Shown here: piece by piece, positions 44,347 through 53,479 of the stretch
Layout of the letters: each line of letters begins with the position of its first letter
Numbering within the stretch: the first letter of the stretch is position 1
Translations under genes and position numbers: made by a program
The notes under the pieces: generated by a model
Seen by the model: only the letters and a program-made list of their open reading frames with translations
The model's database searches: none
What the model was told of the DNA's origin: nothing
NCBI GenBank assembly: GCA_045656865.1
Contig: JAZOSB010000053.1
Span: 8,074 to 72,073, forward strand
DNA from: Clostridia bacterium
GTDB lineage: Bacteria > Bacillota > Clostridia > UMGS1883
Direction: 5' to 3'
DNA length: 64,000 nt

Positions 44347-44351
44347 AAAAA
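44329..44351 (+). repeat. Direct repeat copy 1 (3' end of tRNA-Pro plus A-run), att-like
   Basis: GTCCTGTCACTCCGACCAAAAAA is identical to 44532-44554. Confidence 0.95.
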
Positions 44352-44386
44352 CACAGTTGGTGCTTTTGCATCAGCTGTGTTTTTTA
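44347..44386 (+). terminator. Rho-independent terminator after tRNA-Pro
   Basis: ACACAGTTGGTGC-tttt-GCATCAGCTGTGT (13 bp including two G-U pairs) followed by TTTTTT. Confidence 0.85.
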
Positions 44387-44531
44387 TTGTTGAAAAGGAC
44401 TTGAACCTTAAGAAGGCAAACGCCGTCAAGGAAACGATTGATAATCGTTTTTAGGTGTTTGGTGCGTAGTCCGGTACCGAAATGCGTTAGCATTTGGGTG
44501 GACAAGCAGGCAAGACGCCTTAGGCGGCTGT

Positions 44532-44554
44532 GTCCTGTCACTCCGACCAAAAAA
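44532..44554 (+). repeat. Direct repeat copy 2 (orphan tRNA-Pro 3' end), att-like
   Basis: Exact 23-nt copy of 44329-44351 with no upstream tRNA body. A long imperfect hairpin follows (44555-44598, AGAAACCG...CGGTTTCT). Confidence 0.95.
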
Positions 44555-44747
44555 AGAAACCGCGTGGTTAGGGAAAACCCCTTAACCATACGGTTTCTTC
44601 GTTTATATTATTCTTTAATTATTTCTTAGGAAGAAACTCACTTTCTTCCTATCATATGATTTGACCACAGTTTATCCCACATTTGCGAACTTAGTTTTAG
44701 CTGTGGGATTCTTTTCTTTGATTACTGCATATCAAATTTTGACACCT

Positions 44748-45797
44748 TTATAGCAACAAATTATTCTTTTCAATAACATCTCCCACCGCTTTCGCTATTG
44801 AAGCAAATCCAAAATCGGTAGGATGGATTCCATCTACTGTTCCTTCATCCCCGCAAAGCTCCATCAAAGTCTCTCCACTAATAAAGTAGACATTTTCGTC
44901 ACCTGCATCAAGTGCATTTTTATATGTTGTCTCAATTATTCTTCGTCTTTCTTTTGCTTCTTCTGATAACTCAACTTTCGGACGGGGCATTATAATTATC
45001 GGAAGGCTTGGTTGTTCACTTCTTATCTCCTTAAACATTTTTTCGTGTGTATTTCTAAGATGTTCTAGCGTAGGAGCATTATAGTCATAGTCATAAACAA
45101 AAATTGACATATCTAACTTTTTTATATACTCAATCATCTCATCTTCAGCTTTTGCATTTCCTGAAAATCCTAAATTTATATAGTCGCAATTAAATCTTCT
45201 GGAAATAATACTTTGGTAGCATCTTCCCGGTCTTGAGGCACATCCGCCCTGAGTAATTGAAGAACCATAATATACAACCGGTTTACTGTTAAGATACGGA
45301 GAAGCCTCCTTCAAAACGGCATCTTTGGATACTCCGATATACATTTTGAGCACTTTGCCGTATAGTGGAAAATTAATCGTGAGATTGCGTAATTTCTTTT
45401 CTCCAAGCTCGATTACGCTTTCATACCCTTTTTCCATATTGCAAGGAGGAATAAAAGTTTTTACATAACTGTTATCACAGTACAGGTCAAAACCCGCCGA
45501 GCCTGTAAGTGCAAAGTGCGGTCTCATTCCGGCTCCATGCATTTCAACACTGATTGCAACATAGCTGCTGTCTGTAACAAATCTTACCCTGCCACCCGAA
45601 GTATCTGAATGAAGGTAAGAAACGCCCTCACTCACGCTTTGCGCTACCTTTTCAGGCATACGGCGATATTTTCCGTTTTCAAGTGTAACACCATATATGT
45701 TAAACGGTGCATCATTGATATTATAAAACTTAATATCATCCTTCTCTATATTTGTTTTAACCTCAAAATTTTTATCAATTTTAGATATGTCATTCAT
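44748..45797 (-). CDS. SGNH/GDSL-family hydrolase (putative carbohydrate acetylesterase) with an N-terminal beta-sandwich domain
   Basis: Block I VVYYGSSITQG, a GFSGNA block and block V DGIHPTDFG. No signal peptide. I prefer ATG 45797 (AGGAGG 7 nt upstream); the alternative ATG 45815 overlaps the upstream stop (ATGA). Confidence 0.75.
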   Translation of the reverse strand: MNDISKIDKNFEVKTNIEKDDIKFYNINDAPFNIYGVTLENGKYRRMPEKVAQSVSEGVSYLHSDTSGGRVRFVTDSSYVAISVEMHGAGMRPHFALTGSAGFDLYCDNSYVKTFIPPCNMEKGYESVIELGEKKLRNLTINFPLYGKVLKMYIGVSKDAVLKEASPYLNSKPVVYYGSSITQGGCASRPGRCYQSIISRRFNCDYINLGFSGNAKAEDEMIEYIKKLDMSIFVYDYDYNAPTLEHLRNTHEKMFKEIRSEQPSLPIIIMPRPKVELSEEAKERRRIIETTYKNALDAGDENVYFISGETLMELCGDEGTVDGIHPTDFGFASIAKAVGDVIEKNNLLL

Positions 45798-45811
45798 ACA
45801 TAGACCTCCTT

Positions 45812-47101
45812 TCATTCAAACTCCATAGGTTCAGGAAAACAAAAATACTTTCTTTCATCAATAAAGTACACATATGAATCAAAGGCTGCATTAAATCTCC
45901 AGTTGACACCATCTACGTTTTTATCAAGAGACCAGTCATCACCTGTAGGTCCGTGTCCGTAAAGATTCCATTGACAATCAAAGCTCATTTTCATTACTTC
46001 ATGCCCTATGCGACATGGCTGTCCGTCTATTTCCACAACTGAATTTCTTTCGTAGAGCTGTGCGTTTGGAGCAAATTCACGTATAACAGTCTCTATATCA
46101 TTATTCCCCGGAACAATTAAGTACGGAACCCCTGAATCTGATAAGATTTTCAGTATTATTTTTGCTTTTGAATAGTATTCATACTTAAGTTCGGGAATTC
46201 TGCCTACTTTAACTTCATCCACCAAATCCCCCGTGTGAAGTATCATATCAGGCTTTACTGTTTCTATCAGTTTACGATAATACGGATAATGCTTTGATAA
46301 GGTATCTCCTATATGTAATATTTTCTTGCCTTGTATTTTATCAAATTCATCAGGAATACATATTTCTTCCTTATACTCTTTCTCAAAGTATTCTTTATCC
46401 CATTCTTCCCTGCTCTTATGATTTGCACTGCACTTTTCATATGGAATATGGTCAGTGTCACAATATAATGGCACAAAATCTGAATTTTCAGTATCAATTG
46501 CTGATAAAGCGCAGTTAAACATAGCAAATTGTTTTTTTGCTACAATTCTTGATTTTGCTTTTTCTTTTATATTATACATTCTTATAAGAGCAGCAACAGA
46601 TGCAGCATGACCTACTACTAAAATTTCCTCTTCATCTTCATACTGCTTTATAACAGGTGTAAAACCCCTTTTAACTCTTTCTATCATACTCTCTTCGGTT
46701 TCCACCTGAAGAGTTCCGTCTTCTTCATACCACCATTTTTCGGGAAGAAAGGAATCGGCAAACACACGAGGAAACCTTTCTTTTATTTCCTCAATAGTAT
46801 ATCCTTGATATTCCTCTACCATTTTTTCAGTATCAAATATTTCGTGCAGAGATGCTACGGGATATATTACAGAATCTGTGATTTCCGCAATAATTGTCGC
46901 TGTTTCAAGGGTTCTGATAAGGGGGGAGCTTAGTATTTTTCCTTTAAAGCCAAGCTCCTTTAATCTTTTTCCGAGCAGTGCTGCCTGCTCCCGTCCAAGC
47001 TGTGAAAGCGGGGGTTCTCCAAAACGAATTCCTGCTTTTTCTTCCGGTGCCATAGCTTCAAGGTTTGCAACCTGACCATGTCGTGTAATATATAATTTCA
47101 T
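45812..47101 (-). CDS. Fusion protein: histidine phosphatase (PGM-like) N-domain + calcineurin-like metallophosphoesterase C-domain
   Basis: N-domain: MKLYITRHGQV (RHG) and VVGHAASV. C-domain: ILHIGDT, ILHTGDLVD, IVPGNND (GNHD/E with H replaced by N) and LYGHGP. No signal peptide. TAATG overlap with the upstream gene. Confidence 0.7.
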   Translation of the reverse strand: MKLYITRHGQVANLEAMAPEEKAGIRFGEPPLSQLGREQAALLGKRLKELGFKGKILSSPLIRTLETATIIAEITDSVIYPVASLHEIFDTEKMVEEYQGYTIEEIKERFPRVFADSFLPEKWWYEEDGTLQVETEESMIERVKRGFTPVIKQYEDEEEILVVGHAASVAALIRMYNIKEKAKSRIVAKKQFAMFNCALSAIDTENSDFVPLYCDTDHIPYEKCSANHKSREEWDKEYFEKEYKEEICIPDEFDKIQGKKILHIGDTLSKHYPYYRKLIETVKPDMILHTGDLVDEVKVGRIPELKYEYYSKAKIILKILSDSGVPYLIVPGNNDIETVIREFAPNAQLYERNSVVEIDGQPCRIGHEVMKMSFDCQWNLYGHGPTGDDWSLDKNVDGVNWRFNAAFDSYVYFIDERKYFCFPEPMEFE

Positions 47102-48732
47102 TATAATATTTCCTCTCTGTTATATATTCTTTCCTGCGGAATTTTATCCGATAATTCTGCAACCCTTGCTAAATAAATCGGGTTTGTCAGCATTATACAC
47201 CTGCCGTTTTCATTGTAAAGCTCTACTCGGGCAAAACTTACTGGTAATTTTGGCTCAATCTCAAAGTTGTGTTCTAAGCTGCCTTCCTTAAGAATTTCCT
47301 CCGCAAAAACTTCGCCGTCAACAATAACACGCATCTTCCAGTTATCTTTTACGCTTTCGGCAGTAAATTTCATTTTTCTTGCATTGAAGTCACGGTCTTT
47401 AATGGGGATTACTGCCCCCATAGGATATTCACCGCAAGTAAAATCGATATTGAAGTTCAAATATACAGGGTCCCCCGTATATACTCTGCCTGCTTTCATG
47501 GAGCCAATAAATTCTTCCTCAGGCACGGGAAAATCAAGCGAGTCATCTGCCGCTATGTATGTGGCAAAATTATTTCCCGAAAGCCATCCACGTTCACTGT
47601 TATGACTGTCGCTGTCTCCGTAGCCTGTGATGAATACCCCCGAAAGTGATAACATATCCCACAGCTTTAAATGCTCTTCAAGAGAAAAACCGCTTCTTCC
47701 CTCTGTAAACCCTATCTCGATAAGAGATGCCCCATAAACCTTTGTTGCCGACAAAGCCGCGGCCTCACGATATACAATTTTTTCCTTTTCTTTCTCCAAA
47801 AGATTCATCCTCACATATTTTTCAAAGGGATGATTGTATGAAAATATTCCACCATATTTTTTCACATGCTCTATCGCTTCATGCTGTGTAACATTGTAGC
47901 CTTTCTGCTGATAATCAATTATTGGAACTTTTGTAGAGTAGCAGTTCTTATGCTGTCCTGCATCGCTTATTTCAAACGTCACAAAAGGCTTAATTCCATA
48001 TCTTTTTCCTGTTTCTTCTGCAAGTGCACGCTGTCTGTCAAGAACGGGCTGAAAGCTATGCCTGAAATCTATTTTGAAGCAATTAAGAACACATTCTGCA
48101 CCATTTTTACAAATAACCTGAAATGTTAAAAATGCATTGTCAAGTCCTCCACGAGCATACTTTTGCGCATCTTCTGAAATATTCAGTGTATATATGCCGT
48201 TTTCGTTATCGGCAAGGGGAATTTCTCCGTTTTCTGCTTTCCCGATGGTATATACAAGGCTTGCAGGCTTATGCTCCAATGTTCCATCATTGCCAAATTC
48301 GGGGTGTTGCGACAGACATATTCTGAGTGACACTTTACCCGCTGAATTGATATGCCTTATTCCGACACGCAGTGTTACATCAGCTGCAAGGGAAACAGCA
48401 TGCCGTTTGCCTGATGAAAAGAACTCTACACCATATTCTTCGCCGATACTGCCCGTAATTTTCATTGCGTTTTCATCAAACGATATGCAAGGTGTGCCAA
48501 GCTCTTTCCAGCCACACTGTGTTTTCGGTGTATCGTTATACACCATCTCTCCTCGGGAAAAATCAAATTTATTTATGGGATATTCTCGCCTTCCCATTCT
48601 GATATCATGCCCTGTTATGCGGATATACTGCATACCTAAGGAAGCGGCATTTGCAATATGTCCCTCAAAGCTGCTGTGCGGCTCATTCCCTGCATGAAGA
48701 TGCATATGCATCGGATGATAAGTATATTTCAC
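47101..48732 (-). CDS. PHP-like (CehA/McbA-type) metal-dependent hydrolase with a ~200-aa insertion and a C-terminal beta domain
   Basis: HPMHMHLH and ITGHD near the N-terminus. After about 200 aa of beta-rich sequence come FEISD, SYNHPF and GYGDSDSH. No signal peptide. Confidence 0.55.
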   Translation of the reverse strand: MKYTYHPMHMHLHAGNEPHSSFEGHIANAASLGMQYIRITGHDIRMGRREYPINKFDFSRGEMVYNDTPKTQCGWKELGTPCISFDENAMKITGSIGEEYGVEFFSSGKRHAVSLAADVTLRVGIRHINSAGKVSLRICLSQHPEFGNDGTLEHKPASLVYTIGKAENGEIPLADNENGIYTLNISEDAQKYARGGLDNAFLTFQVICKNGAECVLNCFKIDFRHSFQPVLDRQRALAEETGKRYGIKPFVTFEISDAGQHKNCYSTKVPIIDYQQKGYNVTQHEAIEHVKKYGGIFSYNHPFEKYVRMNLLEKEKEKIVYREAAALSATKVYGASLIEIGFTEGRSGFSLEEHLKLWDMLSLSGVFITGYGDSDSHNSERGWLSGNNFATYIAADDSLDFPVPEEEFIGSMKAGRVYTGDPVYLNFNIDFTCGEYPMGAVIPIKDRDFNARKMKFTAESVKDNWKMRVIVDGEVFAEEILKEGSLEHNFEIEPKLPVSFARVELYNENGRCIMLTNPIYLARVAELSDKIPQERIYNREEIL

Positions 48733-50072
48733 TGTATTACCTCTATCCTTCCTACTTTATAAAAGCTTTCGTTTCTTTGTGCATCTGTACAAAAATATAC
48801 TACAGGTACCAATTCGTTGTATATTCCTATTTCTATGTCATATTCTCCCAGGGCAATATTTTCGGGGATATCCACTGAAAATTTTTCCACAGCTTTACCA
48901 GGGAGCCATTTTCTTATATCTGCATCTGTTTCAAACTCATACGAGTTCTCTTTTCCCAAAAGCCTTATTTTTAAAGGAATATTTTTGTATATCGGGGCAA
49001 CACCGCAGTTTTCTATTCCTAATTCAAGCTCCGCCTTATCGCCTGCGCACACTGTATCAGGACTCTTAAAATAGTCTATCATAAAATGATATCCCATTTT
49101 ACTTATCCAGTAATCTACCTTTTCTTTCCATTCGTATGGTATGGGAAGTGATTTTCCGTTAAAGGAGCTTATGTGCCATTCCAAAGTTTTCTCTATTATT
49201 TCATCTATATCCCAGCCCTGTCTTTTCCATTCGCCCAGCCACCAATATGCTTCAAAGGAAACAGGTGCTTTCTTCCAGTTGTCTGAAATTTTAGCAATAT
49301 GCGACGGATATATTTCCGTAAAAAGTCTCGGATGTCCTAATCCATCGCCTCTCCAACCTACATTTGTAACCTTATTTCCATAATTGATAAGTTCATCACG
49401 CATAACCTGTGTCATAAGCTGAGTATTTTTAAATACTTCCAGATATGTATCTACAATTTCATTTAAAGCTTCCTGACTGTACAGATGAAGATTATGCCCC
49501 TCTCCCCACGAGCCGGGAAGAGATATATCTATGGCTTCAAATACACTCTCTTTGTCAAATCTTTCTCCGAGTTTCCTTACTGCCTCGCAGAAGTATTTAA
49601 GAAACAGTGGATCTGTGGGTGAATCCTTTACTCTTTTTCCCTCCGGTCTTTTCGGGCAGGGAATAAGTTCTTTTAACCAATCGGGAACATCATCTCTCTC
49701 CCTTGTACTGTGCGCCATCAGTCTGAAAACAATGGTTTGATTATGAGCCTTTGCCTCATTTATTATATCCTCTATAAATTTATAGTTATATACTCCCCTT
49801 TCGGGTTCAAATTCCTTCCATAAAATACGGATATATGCAACCGATGAATCGGGATAAAAGCCCTGCTCTCTGCCGTTTTCCTCTACATCATCGGGTACAG
49901 GATAGCATTCAAACGGCTCTGTTTCCGTAAATTTGTTTTCAGGACGAACAATAGAATCTGAATACAGCTTTTCTCCGTTAAAATGCTGAAAGCTGGTAAA
50001 GCCTATATATGGATTTTGTCCTTCTTCCACTTTATATTTGAATGTATTTACCTTACTTGCTTTTCTTAACAT
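48729..50072 (-). CDS. DUF4874/DUF4832-like putative TIM-barrel glycoside hydrolase
   Basis: YIRILWKEFEPERGVYNYKFIEDIINEAKAHNQTIVFRL resembles the GH42/GH35-type N-terminal barrel motif. VGWRGDGLGHP resembles the DUF4832 signature. No signal peptide. Confidence 0.5.
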   Translation of the reverse strand: MLRKASKVNTFKYKVEEGQNPYIGFTSFQHFNGEKLYSDSIVRPENKFTETEPFECYPVPDDVEENGREQGFYPDSSVAYIRILWKEFEPERGVYNYKFIEDIINEAKAHNQTIVFRLMAHSTRERDDVPDWLKELIPCPKRPEGKRVKDSPTDPLFLKYFCEAVRKLGERFDKESVFEAIDISLPGSWGEGHNLHLYSQEALNEIVDTYLEVFKNTQLMTQVMRDELINYGNKVTNVGWRGDGLGHPRLFTEIYPSHIAKISDNWKKAPVSFEAYWWLGEWKRQGWDIDEIIEKTLEWHISSFNGKSLPIPYEWKEKVDYWISKMGYHFMIDYFKSPDTVCAGDKAELELGIENCGVAPIYKNIPLKIRLLGKENSYEFETDADIRKWLPGKAVEKFSVDIPENIALGEYDIEIGIYNELVPVVYFCTDAQRNESFYKVGRIEVIQ

Positions 50073-50092
50073 ATTAGCTCCTCCTGTTATTT

Positions 50093-51484
50093 TTACTTAA
50101 ATGTCACATCTTCAAAAACAAAATCCTCTCGTGCGTCCGGGCGGTAGCTTTCTACAGTCACGTTATCAAGTAATAGTCCCTCAATGTGCCTGAAATAAAT
50201 CCCCTTTGCAGGAAGTGTCCAGCCGTACACCATTATTTCAGGATACGCAGGTGCCGTGTCGGGAACATTTTTTTCATATTCCGTCACACCTCCTGCTACT
50301 TTGAAATGCACATTACGAAGTGTGATATTTTTAAGCGGTTTATCCTTTAATCCGCAAACATTGCTTGAAAGCTGCCAAGGAGTATTTCTGCCACGTTCTT
50401 TAAGGCTTTCGTCCTCATTTTTTATCGTTGAATATATCCAAGGATATTGAAGATAATCATTCGCCTTATACTCAAAATAGCTCATAGGGATTGCACGGTA
50501 CGGCTCATATGGGCCCTCTGCCGTTATGTTTTCAAGGGTGATATTTCTTATCTCGCCCACTTCTCTGCCCTCAGGGCCACGCATACGTGTTCCTAGATGG
50601 ATAAATAAAAGTCCGTTTGTGTTTTTCATACGGATGTTTTTAAGTGAAAGACCGTCTATTATCGCACCGTCAACACTTTCGATTGCAATTCCCGTAATTC
50701 GTGTATCATAAACATCGATATTATCAATTTCTATATCGTAAAATCCGCCGTTTGTTTCTGTGCCGAATTTTATTGCAGAGCAGCGGCTTTTCACCCTGCA
50801 ATCCCATACCTTGATATTTCTGCACTCATCAAGTCGGTTAAGAGTGTACGAGGATTTAAAAACAATTCCGTCATCGCCCGACTCCACATCACAGTTGTAT
50901 ATCTTTACATTTTTGCTGTTATCGGGTGATATTCCGTCAATATAAACACACATCTTTACATCGTGTATATCAACATCATTACACCCTGCAAAGTATATCG
51001 CAAGGTCAGTGACATTGTTTAAATCCACATCTGTAATGAGGACATTATTACATTCTTTAAGGGAAATACATTTAGGTCCTCTGTGGCGTATGGTTGCTCC
51101 CCTTACGCCGTCCTCGTCCCATACACTGCGCATATCTATTTTTGCCTTTCCGGTAATAGCGATATTGTCGCAGTTTTTACCCACGAACATTGCAAGGTCA
51201 AAATATGTATGGGACTGGTCCTGATATGCAGGGTAATCTATTTCTTCCTGCTGTGCATAGGAATAAAAATCAAGGCATCCTAAAACATCAGTACCGTCCT
51301 CAAAATGAATATGTACATTGCTTTTTAAAAATACTGTTGCAAGGACATAGATGCCCTTTGGGAAATATACTTTTCCTCCCCCATTTTCGCTGCACGCATC
51401 TATTGCCTTTTGCACGGCAGGACTGTCAAGCGTTACTGCGTCTGCCTTTGCTCCATACTCTAAAACATTATATATTTTCCCCAT
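50093..51484 (-). CDS. GH28-family (exo-)polygalacturonase-like right-handed beta-helix glycosidase
   Basis: YNVLEYGAKADAVTLDSPAVQKAIDACSENGGGKVYFPKGIYV N-terminus and catalytic-region GISPDNSKNVKIYNCDVESGDDGIVFKS. No signal peptide. Confidence 0.8.
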   Translation of the reverse strand: MGKIYNVLEYGAKADAVTLDSPAVQKAIDACSENGGGKVYFPKGIYVLATVFLKSNVHIHFEDGTDVLGCLDFYSYAQQEEIDYPAYQDQSHTYFDLAMFVGKNCDNIAITGKAKIDMRSVWDEDGVRGATIRHRGPKCISLKECNNVLITDVDLNNVTDLAIYFAGCNDVDIHDVKMCVYIDGISPDNSKNVKIYNCDVESGDDGIVFKSSYTLNRLDECRNIKVWDCRVKSRCSAIKFGTETNGGFYDIEIDNIDVYDTRITGIAIESVDGAIIDGLSLKNIRMKNTNGLLFIHLGTRMRGPEGREVGEIRNITLENITAEGPYEPYRAIPMSYFEYKANDYLQYPWIYSTIKNEDESLKERGRNTPWQLSSNVCGLKDKPLKNITLRNVHFKVAGGVTEYEKNVPDTAPAYPEIMVYGWTLPAKGIYFRHIEGLLLDNVTVESYRPDAREDFVFEDVTFK

Positions 51485-51514
51485 AATTCCTACACCCTTT
51501 CCTCCACTTTTTAT

Positions 51515-53410
51515 TTATCTGGCAACAAATCCTTCGGGGGCAGGCATGGCAAAATTGGGGTAGAACTGTTCCGGAATCAGTGTCTCCGTGCCACTGACAT
51601 GGTGTCCGCCGTACATAAGTCGTTCGTGTTCCAATTCTTCAATATGGTCAATTTTGCCGCCTAAATAATCAAGTATTCTTTCCTTTGCTGCCTCCATACG
51701 CAGTATAAGTCCGCCGTAGCGTGTTTCAATTCGTTCTATTCCAAAGGGCTTATTGGTAGCCATCCACGAATCTCTCATCAGCTTGTGAAGTAGTTTCATA
51801 TCTGTCTGCATCTGACCAAGCTGCTGCGCAATTATGGCAAGCTCCGCCCTGTCGCCCTCATTATATGCCTTGTACAGACGAACACCGATATGGCACTTTG
51901 TTATAAGCACCTTTAAAAGCTGCTTGTGGTAGTCGTACAGCTTTTCAAAGCCTTCGGGAACACCTGCTTCATTTAAAATGCGCAGTCTTTCAGTGTAAAC
52001 CTCGGGGAGATTATGGATTTCAACATTTTTATCGTATAAACCCAGCAGCACGTCCTGATAAAACACATTTTTGGAGGTGGTGGCACCGCCGCCCCATCTT
52101 TCCTTATTGCACCATTCTTCGGGATATACATCCAAATCAAGTGCCATGAAATCCTCTGCATTATATCCTGTGCAGAGCTTGAAAGATTCAAAAAGCTCTG
52201 CCTCGGTCACTTCCTTATGATATGTATATTCACCGTAGAGCTGCATTCCTAAAAGAGTTGTATAAACATTTACCTCGCCGCCGTCATCTACCCAAAGGGT
52301 GGCAAAGGCATTTTTTATACCCTCCTCGTGGCAAACTTTAAGTGCTGCGTGTGTGGCAATAAATGACTTTCTGTAATTTACACTAAGCCCTAACCATCTG
52401 CGAATACCGCCTGCAAAGATAATCTCTTTTTTCAGGAGCTTATGGTTACTCATCATTATCTTGTATCTTTCTTCTCCCATTGAAACATAATCCCAGTAAA
52501 CCATAGCCACGTTTTCAGGAATCATATCGGGCAGATTTTCAGGGAACTCAACTTCCAAATCATAATACACATGCTTTTTTGATGCCAGACGGAAATAAAT
52601 ATCTGACCACATCATCGGCTCGTAGCCAAACTCATCGGTTATTTCTATAACCCTTTTAAGATGCATTTCCATCAGCTCAAAACGGTCACGGTAGCCGTGT
52701 TTATCAAGATATGCACCCTTTCCTACAGACGGTGCTTCATCCATACCGATATGGATTTTATTTGTCGTAAAGCATTCACGGCACCGCTCTATCATTTTGC
52801 GGATAAGGGCATAGGTTTCCTCCTCCCCTACTAAAAGGGTGTGGAAATTCTCCCTGATGTTCTCCGCAAAGGGCCACCGAAGTGCCGCCGCAAGATGCCC
52901 GAGTGTCTGTATACACGGTACCATTTCTACGCCGAAAAGGAGTCCATAGCGGTCAATTTCGATAAGCTCCTCCTTCGTATATGCACCACGAAGATAGCCA
53001 AAATAGGGGTAGCCCTCTATTTCATAGGTGTCCTCGGTATAGAGCATCGCCATATTAAGTCCCATTGCAGAAATTCTTCTTATTATATCCTTAACCGTAT
53101 CTACTGTTAAAACAGCATTACGGGAGCAGTCAATCATAATACCGCTTGTTGTAAGCAGGCGTTCCTCTTTTATCTCAACTTCATTTTCGCCCCTTGCGAG
53201 CCTTCCGTTAAGCAGGCTCACTGCACGAAAGAAATCGGCTTTTTCCCCGTATGTAATTTCATACTCGTTCTCTTTTCCCTCAACCTTTAATCCGTTTTCA
53301 CCCTTTATTACGGTAATAGTAATTTCATCGCCCAGTGCAGAAAGTGCACCTGTCTCTTTAAGCTCTGCTATACCTTTTTCTATATCTTTAAAACTGCCGT
53401 TTAATATCAT
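51515..53410 (-). CDS. GH20-like glycoside hydrolase (beta-N-acetylhexosaminidase family)
   Basis: GIMIDCSRN...TLGHL...IHIGMDEA (D-E catalytic pair in an HxGxDE-like context). ATG 53410 lies 8 nt after GAGGAGG. No signal peptide. Confidence 0.6.
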   Translation of the reverse strand: MILNGSFKDIEKGIAELKETGALSALGDEITITVIKGENGLKVEGKENEYEITYGEKADFFRAVSLLNGRLARGENEVEIKEERLLTTSGIMIDCSRNAVLTVDTVKDIIRRISAMGLNMAMLYTEDTYEIEGYPYFGYLRGAYTKEELIEIDRYGLLFGVEMVPCIQTLGHLAAALRWPFAENIRENFHTLLVGEEETYALIRKMIERCRECFTTNKIHIGMDEAPSVGKGAYLDKHGYRDRFELMEMHLKRVIEITDEFGYEPMMWSDIYFRLASKKHVYYDLEVEFPENLPDMIPENVAMVYWDYVSMGEERYKIMMSNHKLLKKEIIFAGGIRRWLGLSVNYRKSFIATHAALKVCHEEGIKNAFATLWVDDGGEVNVYTTLLGMQLYGEYTYHKEVTEAELFESFKLCTGYNAEDFMALDLDVYPEEWCNKERWGGGATTSKNVFYQDVLLGLYDKNVEIHNLPEVYTERLRILNEAGVPEGFEKLYDYHKQLLKVLITKCHIGVRLYKAYNEGDRAELAIIAQQLGQMQTDMKLLHKLMRDSWMATNKPFGIERIETRYGGLILRMEAAKERILDYLGGKIDHIEELEHERLMYGGHHVSGTETLIPEQFYPNFAMPAPEGFVAR

Positions 53411-53479
53411 TTTAATTTCCTCCTCGTAGGGGCGACCCTGTGTGGTCGCCCGTAATGCGATGATTGACACGTTTCGTCA

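Noticed and set aside
44371-44589. 72-aa minus-strand ORF between the two tRNA-Pro repeat copies
   Set aside because: It has no RBS, runs through two terminator hairpins and the repeat itself, and has a basic low-complexity translation.
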